DNA of 64,000 bases from Heterodontus francisci. Taxonomy: Eukaryota. Shown here in pieces: positions 57,212 through 64,000 of the stretch; the first letter of the stretch is position 1, and each line of letters starts with the position of its first letter. The stretch is taken from assembly GCF_036365525.1 (NCBI RefSeq), contig NC_090394.1, positions 74,154,146-74,218,145 of the forward strand, given 5' to 3'. The translations under genes and the position numbers were made by a program. The notes beneath the pieces were generated by a model. The model was not told where the DNA came from. It was given only the letters and a program-made list of their open reading frames with translations, and did not search any database.

Positions 57212-58925
57212 GCTGAACAAGAGTAGGCCATTCAGCCCATCAAACTGCCCCACCATTCAATACGATCATGGCTGATCATCCACTTCAATGCCTTTTATCC
57301 CCGCATTATCCCCATATCCCTTTGTCATTGGTATTTAGAAATCTGTCGATCTCTGCTTTAAACATACTCAATGACTGAGCTTCCACAGCCCTCTGGGTTA
57401 CAGAATTCCAAAGATTTACAACCCTCTGAGTTAAGAAATTAGCCTTAATTGCTTGCTGCACCTGCATGTTAGCTTTCAGTGACTTATTGATGAGGACACC
57501 CTGGTCCCTTTGTACATCTTACCATTTAAGAAATACTCTGCACATCTATTCCTCCTATCTTACATTTTTCCACATTATATTCCATCTGCCACGTTCTTGC
57601 CCACTCATTAAGTCTGTCCAAATCCCCTTGAAGCTGCTTTGCATCTTCCTCGCAACACACATTCCCACCGTTCTGATGAAAGGTCACTGACCTGAAACAT
57701 TAACTCTGCTTCTCTCTCCACAGATGCTGCCAGATCTGCTGAGTATTTCCAGTATTTCTTGTTTTTATTACACATTCCCACCTAGATTTGTGTCATCTGT
57801 GAACTTGGAAATATTACATTTGGTCCCCACATCCAAGTCATTGATATATTGCGGACAGCAGGGGCCCAAGCACTAATCCCTGCGGTACCCCACTAGTCAC
57901 AGCCTACCAACATGAGAATTACCCATTTATTCCTACTCTGCCTGTTAACCAATCCTTAATCCATGCCAGTATATTACCTCCTATCCCATGTGCTTTAATT
58001 TTGCGAACCAACCTCCAGTGGGGAACATCAAAAGCCTTCTGAAAATCCAAGTATGCCACGCCCACTGACTCAGCTTTATAAATTCTGTAACATTCTCAAA
58101 AAACTCCCAACAGGATCGTCAAACATGATTTCGCATTCATAAATCCATGTTGGCTATACCCAATCAGATCATTATTACCCAAGTGTCTATTTATCACATC
58201 CTTTAGAATAGATTCTAGCATTTTCCCAACGACTGATGTAAGGTTAATAGGTTTGTAATTCCCTGTTTTCTTTTTCTCTCACTCCCTTCTTAAATAGTGG
58301 GGTGACATTTGCTGCCTTCCAATCTGCAGGAACTGCTCCAGAATTTTGGAAGATGATCAATGCATCCACTATCTCCATAGCTACCTCTTTCAACATCCTG
58401 GGATAGCAGGTCCTGGAGACTTATCAACCATCAGCCCATTAATTCCTCCAATATAAAACTTGCTAACACTAATTTCCTTCAATTCCTCATTCTCCCTAGT
58501 CCCTTGGATCTCTAATTCTGGGAGATTTCTTGTATCTCCCTCAGTGAAGACAGACACAAAGTAATCATTTAGCTTCTCTGCCATTTTTGTATTCCCATTT
58601 TAAATTCTCCTGACTCAGCCTGTAATGGACCCACATTTGCCGTAGCCAACGTTTCCTTTTTCCATACCTATAGAAGCTTTTGCAGTCCGTTTTTATATTT
58701 TTTGCTAGCTTACTATTCTATTCTCCCTTTCTTTATCAGTTTCTTCGTCCTGCTTTGCTGTATTCTAAAATCCTCCCAATCCTCAAGTTTACTACTATTT
58801 CTGGCAACTTTATAGACCTTTTCTTTTAATCTTATACAATCCTTAACTTCCTTTGTTATCCACGGTTGACTGCATTTACTTTTGGGGTTTTTGTGCCTTG
58901 AAGGAATGTATAGTTGCTGTAAACT
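57212..58925 (-). mobile_element. Degenerate CR1 LINE between AIMP2 and EIF2AK1
   Basis: MAEKLNDYFVSVFT, DKSPGP, YLDFQKAFD, SGVPQGLVLGP remnants with deletions. Confidence 0.82.
57670..57769 (+). mobile_element. 100-bp Penelope-like solo repeat carrying a minimal type I hammerhead ribozyme fold
   Basis: 13-bp perfect TSD ACACATTCCCACC (57657-57669, 57770-57782); GTT-CTGATGA-A-AGGTC-ACT-GACCT-GAAA-CATT-AAC. Confidence 0.75.
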
Positions 58926-59504
58926 ATGTAATAATTCTTTAAAGAGCTAACGTTCACAGCTGATGTTTGTGAATTGCCGAGCAGTCAAGAAGCATTGAAA
59001 TATATTTTACATCAGATAATGTAGCTTTTACCAGTTAGAATGTCACAGTACATACATCCAAACATGAGAGACAGCTTTAGCATCATAGAGGACTAAACAC
59101 GAGCAGATTTGTGCTCAAGGCCTTAATACCATTGCTATGCACTTCAGACTACTTTTATTCATTCTCAATGTGGGCATTGCTGGCAAGGGCAGCATTATTT
59201 GCCCTCGAAGGTGATGGTGAGCAGCCTTCTTAAAGCTGCAGTCAGTTTGGTGAAGGTATGTACACCCCTTTGCTTTCCTACACATCTCTTTGACCAGTAC
59301 ATTTAATTGAGGAAACGTGCAGGAAATCCATTCTTAAAATGGACTTGCACTTATATTTCAAAGTGCATCTGAAATGCAGGCACATGTGGAGGAACCACAG
59401 CAACTATAGTTGCATGTAGTAAGATTCTACAAACAGTAATGAGATGAATGGCCAGTTAATGTATCTTTGGTCAGGCCACAGCTACCTCCTATTTATAGAG
59501 AGAA

Positions 59505-59910
59505 AGACTTGCATTTATATAGTGCCTCAGGATGTCTCAGCACTTCATAGCCAATGAAGTACTTTTGTAGTATAGTCATTATAATGTTGGAAACACAGAA
59601 AATTTTAGATTAGATTTTTTTTAGTAAAGTTAAGAAGTTTAGTTAATTGAGGGATAGAAAACGCCAGGACATCACGGAGAACTCCCCTAATCTTCGATTA
59701 GTGTCATGAACTCTTTTATGTCCACCTCAAAGTGCAGATGGAGCCTTGATTTAACATCTTATACGGAAGACAGCATTTCCGACATCCTCCCTCAGTACTG
59801 CACTGGGAGTGTCAGCCTAGATTTTTATGCTCGAGGCGTGAGTGGGACTTGAACCTATGACTTTCTGACTCAGGTGAGTGCTACACACTGAGCCCTACAC
59901 ACTGAGCCCC
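59505..59910 (-). mobile_element. Deu-domain SINE downstream of the EIF2AK1 stop
   Basis: Deu core ccctcagtactgcactgggagtgtcagcctag and tRNA-like head; 14-bp internal duplication ctacacactgagcc. Confidence 0.75.
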
Positions 59911-60059
59911 AGCGCTTCCATGAATGAAAATGAATGCAAACCTTGCACAACCAACTCATTAAACATGTACATTCACAAAACACGCTCTCGTCACATGAGG
60001 TATTCAAAATGAACTTGGGCGGAAAAGACTGGGAGAAATTTTCTCCAGGAAACCATGAA

Positions 60060-60212
60060 CTAGCTGGGTTCCCCCTCCCCAGTCAGTAATTTGATTTTCT
60101 CTTTGAGGTTTCTGATTTCATCTTCCTGATCAATCACTTTCTGTTGTAGGCTCTTAATTTTGTGTTCCTGGATCACGACTTTCTGTTCCAGGTCGTCCTG
60201 TGGTGTAGTAGC
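60060..60212 (-). CDS. EIF2AK1: EIF2AK1 terminal coding exon (C-terminal coiled coil)
   Basis: tag|ATTPQDDLEQKVVIQEHKIKSLQQKVIDQEDEIRNLKEKIKLLTGEGEPS-TAG; phase 0; resembles the recalled HRI tail LQMKIIEQEKEI. Confidence 0.82.
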   Translation of the reverse strand, partial: ATTPQDDLEQKVVIQEHKIKSLQQKVIDQEDEIRNLKEKIKLLTGEGEPS

Positions 60213-60477
60213 CTATGTGTGAAATATCAGCCATTATCAGGGAGAAGTAAAAGAAAAATTGCTGAAGCACAAAACAGCACAGGAGGTAGTTATCTAGCCC
60301 ATCAGCTCTTTACATGAGCAATCCAAAACTAATCCTGCTATAGCCCCAGATTATATTTAAATTATATTTTCCCCTCCATTTTCTAAGGAGGCTAAATCTT
60401 CACCGAAGGCCAAAGTTGACCTAGATGAATGAGATTAAATCCCTCCTCCGATTCTCCCTCCCCCTCCCACCAACAAG

Positions 60478-60893
60478 GAAGATTTACATTTTTATTGTGC
60501 CTTTTGTGATCTTAGGACAAAGCACTTTCCAGCCAATTAGGTACTTTAAGTGTAGTCACTGCTGTAATGTAGGAAATGCAGCAGCCAATTTGCACACAGC
60601 AAGATCCCACAAATGAAATAAATGACCAGATAGTATATTTGAGATGTCGGTTGAAGGATAAATATTGACCAGGACACCAGGGAGAACTCTCCTGCTCTTC
60701 AAGTAGTGGCTGTGGGATCTTTTACATCCACTTGAGGGGGCAGATGGGGCCTTGGTTTAAAGTCTCATCTGAAAGACACCATCACCGACAGTGTAGGACT
60801 CTCGGTACTGCATTGGGAGTGTTGTCCTGGAGTGTGGCTTGAACCCACAACCTTCTGATTCAGAGGAGAGGGAGCTACCCACTAAGTCATGGC
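60478..60893 (-). mobile_element. Deu-domain SINE in the last EIF2AK1 intron
   Basis: Same family as 38487-38938. Confidence 0.78.
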
Positions 60894-61137
60894 TGATTAA
60901 ATGCAAGAGGCAAAGTTAAATTCCTTAGGGTGAGAAACAGGGCAATACCCAATTTTCTTTACAATCAACTAACGGCTTGCTAACAAAACTGCATTCTCAG
61001 AAATCACCGTTTTTCCAAATCTCTTATTTGTCAATGGGTGCTTACAGAGAAAAGCAGGAATTCTGATGGGTTTTGAACGAGGAACTTCTGCCCTTACTCC
61101 CTAAATCAATTTTCAGGAACAAAGCTTTTCACCCTAC

Positions 61138-61371
61138 CTCAAGTGAACTATGGAAAAGTTCAGTGGCCAACATCTCATCTGCACTCAGTCTGCAGGAAGC
61201 GATTCTGCTGGTTAGCATCTTAACATATTTAGCATGTACAGGCCACCGGTGTGTAAAGTCCTCTGGGATGTGGCATTCTCGAATCGCTGTGAGTGTCTTT
61301 ATCCTTTCCATCATGGTTCCAAAGGGCTGGAAGAGCTCCAGTAGGATGATACCTACACTGTACATATCTGA
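61138..61371 (-). CDS. EIF2AK1: eIF2-alpha kinase 1 (HRI), penultimate coding exon, kinase subdomains IX-XI
   Basis: tag|SDMYSVGIILLELFQPFGTMMERIKTL...RLSADEML...SSLE|gtaggg; tail-to-tail with AIMP2 as in human. Confidence 0.92.
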
Positions 61372-61449
61372 CTAAAAGTGGAGATTGAAACACAGATGTT
61401 ACAGCATGGAAACAGTCCATTCACCCCAACCAATCCCTGTCGGAGTTTA

Positions 61450-61789
61450 GTTTAGTTTAGAGATACAGCACTGAAACAGGCCCTTCGGCCCACCGAGTCT
61501 GTGCCGACCATCAACCACCCATTTATACTAATCCTACACTAATCCCATATTCCTACCACATCCCCAGCTGTCCCTATATTTCCCTACCACCTACCAATAC
61601 TAGGGGCAATTTATAATGGCCAATTTACCTCCCAACCTGCAAGTCTTTTGGCTTGTGGGAGGAAACCGGAGCATCCGGAGAAAACCCACGCAGACACAGG
61701 GAGAACTTGCAAACTCCACACAGGCAGTACCCAGAATTGAACCCGGGTCGCTGGAGCTGAGGCTGCGGTGCTAACCACTGCGCCGCCCT
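61450..61789 (-). mobile_element. V-SINE (HE1-like), full length, young
   Basis: tRNA head ggcgcagtggttagc...gggttcaattc, V-domain gtgtggagtttgca.gttctccc.gtgtctgcgtgggttt.ctccgg.tgctccggtttcctccca, CR1-type 3' end, (CTAAA)n tail, TSD AGTTTA at 61444-61449 and 61790-61795. Confidence 0.88.
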
Positions 61790-62171
61790 AGTTTACCTCC
61801 ACCTGAGGAAGTGGATCCAATCATGTTTACCCATCCTCTTCCCATATCCTTCATCCTTTTAACCACCCATCTAATCTAATCAAGAATGTTTCAACCACAG
61901 AGTTTAGGGCCCAGGCAACTGATAGCACGGCTGACAATGATAGAGCGGTGGTAATCGAGGATGCTCAAGAATTGGAAGTTAATTCTGCAATCTCAATCTG
62001 TGTGAAGAAGTTACTCCTTCTGTCTGTTCTAAATTTCTTTCATTGAACCTTGTATGTATAGTTACAATTCAGTACAAGAAAGTGGTGTAAGCCAGTGGCT
62101 TTCAACCTTTGCTATATGGGATACTTCCTGCAAATGCTGATGCTGTCATAGGGGAATCTCTTGTGCTAACT

Positions 62172-62820
62172 TAGATCACTAAAGGCAACAGCACGGGTAG
62201 ATAAGGTGATTAGGAAGGCATATGGGATAGTTGCCTTTATTAGCCGAGGCGTAGAATATAAGAGCAGGGAGGTTATGATGGAGCTATATAAAACGCTAGT
62301 TAGGCCACAGCTGGAGTACTGTCTTTTCAGTTCTGGTCGCCACACTCTAGGAAGGATGTGATTGCACTGGAGAGGGTGCAGAGGAGATTCACCAGGATGT
62401 TGCCTGGGCTGGAGCATTTCAGCTATGAAGAGAGACTGGATCGGCTAGGGTTGTTTTCCTTACAGCAGAGAAGGCCGAGGGGGGACCTGACTGAGGTATA
62501 CAATAGATAGGGGCATAGATAGGAAGCAACTTTTTCCCTTAGAGGAGGTGTCAATAACCAGGGGGCATAGATTTAAGAGGGGATTTGAGGAAAAGAAAAT
62601 TTCACCCAGAGTGTGGTTGGAATCTGGAGCACACTGCCTGAAAGGGTGGTAGAAGCAGGAACCCTCGCAACATTTAAGAAGCATTTAGATGAACATTTGA
62701 AACGCCATAGCATACAAGGCTACGGGCCAAGTGCTAGAAAATGGGATTAGAATAGACAGGTGCTTGATGGCTGGCACAGACTCCGAAGGGCCTGTTTCTG
62801 TGCTGTATAACTCTATGACT
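62172..62820 (+). mobile_element. CR1 LINE 3' fragment
   Basis: Same subfamily as 9804-10464 and 34232-34900 (gagcatttcagctatgaagagagactgga...). Confidence 0.85.
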
Positions 62821-62924
62821 AACTGCAGAAGGTACATCAGGAAAACAGAGCCATCATTGCAATGGAAGTATATAAGTTTAACAAATACAAGGGGAAAATA
62901 GTGCAATATAGAACTCTTCAGATA

Positions 62925-63402
62925 TTTGTGTTGAGCTCAAAAAACTCTGTTGCCTGTGTCCTAACTTGCACAAAGACCGGTTCACCCACCACCCTTGTGT
63001 TCGCTGATCTAGACTGGCTCCCAGTCCAACAATATCCAGATTTTAAAATTTTCATCCTTGTTTTCAAATCTCTCCATATCTCTGTAATCTCCTCCAGCCC
63101 TACAACCCTCCGAGGTCCCTCCACTCCTCCAATTCAGGCCTCTTGAGCATCCCTGATTACCGTCACTCCAGCATTGGTGGCTGTGCCTTCAGTTGCCTGG
63201 GCCCTAAACTTGAATTCCCTCCCTAAACCTCTCTGCCTCTCTCCCCTCCTTTAAAACGCTCATTAAAACCTATCTCTTTGACTAAGCTTTTGGTCATCTG
63301 TCCTTACGCATGTCTCATTGTCAAATTTTGTTTTGATAAAACTCCTGTGAAGCACCTTGGGATTTCTTACTACGTTCAGGTGCTATATCAATACAAGTTG
63401 TT
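62925..63402 (+). mobile_element. L2-clade LINE 3' fragment
   Basis: KNSVACVLTCTK..SPTTLVFADLDWLPVQQ..DFKI; homologous to 47595-48095. Confidence 0.8.
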
Positions 63403-64000
63403 ACAGATTTGATTTCTAGTACATCACAGACTTAATGTCCATGATGTAAACCATTGCAAAAATGCTAATTAGAAGCCAGGATGGACAGTTGCAAAGTATG
63501 AGGTGGAGAAGATATAACCTGCAAATGTTCCTTCAATTTTACAAGAGCAACCTTATATTTATGCAGGTTGTATTGCGCAGTCATTTATACAAATTTAATA
63601 AATTAATAAACCATTTTGTTCCTCTATTTCCTGTGTATAAAATCTTATTTCCTGTTGTCACATTTTTGTTACACTTTTGTTAAATATTAAATTATAAATT
63701 CATATCTTCACATTTATAATAATCCCTGTCTATGTAAACTTGTCACACTGCAATTATCCCCTTCAGCCAATGGTGGCGCTGTTGTCTGTATTTATATTTC
63801 AGCTCCTCTGCCTGTACTGCAGAAACCTTCCAAACAACTCTGCTTCTCAAGTTCCTGTAAGTTTTGCTATTTACATATAATAATGTGACAATCAACATTT
63901 TATTGAAAAATAAGGTCTGAATTATAACCGATCACCCTGCTTCAATTATCCCATAACCTCTATCCCTGCCTCACAGAAGACAACACTTGACGTATAGTAC

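Noticed and set aside
61725-61789. tRNA-like A/B boxes (also near 28376 and 38880-38938)
   Set aside because: SINE heads attached to SINE bodies; no complete cloverleaf
63748-63782. CTCF-like GGTGGCGCTG with upstream TGCAAT
   Set aside because: Left half of the core matches poorly; not supportable without a PWM scan or ChIP data
61800-64000. Further EIF2AK1 exons
   Set aside because: No GT.LYASPEQ-like subdomain VIII exon found by eye; the region is mostly CR1/L2, so the next exon is probably beyond the right edge

Overview
Vertebrate genomic DNA, most likely a cartilaginous fish (inferred from the repeat landscape: abundant CR1 LINEs, HE1-like V-SINE, Deu-domain SINEs). It holds the syntenic block known from human 7p22: RSPH10B (minus; first 10 coding exons, runs off the left edge), PMS2 (minus; complete, 15 coding exons, 852-854 aa), AIMP2 (plus; complete, 4 exons, 309 aa, head-to-head with PMS2) and EIF2AK1/HRI (minus; last 2 coding exons). 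Introns are filled with CR1, L2 and RTE LINE fragments, several SINE families, four solo-LTR-like elements, a TIR-flanked MITE and Penelope-like short repeats. Most notable: (1) a 100-bp insertion with a perfect 13-bp target duplication that is essentially a minimal hammerhead ribozyme plus tail; (2) a T_TTA_AAC -1 slippery heptamer in the correct phase at the ORF1/ORF2 junction of two CR1 copies; (3) a GC-AG intron in RSPH10B; (4) a two-heptad duplication in the HRI C-terminal coiled coil; (5) an old SINE running into the AIMP2 exon 2 acceptor. Exon borders were read by hand. Repeat borders are approximate unless TSDs/TIRs are given, and family names rest on recalled consensus features, not database searches.
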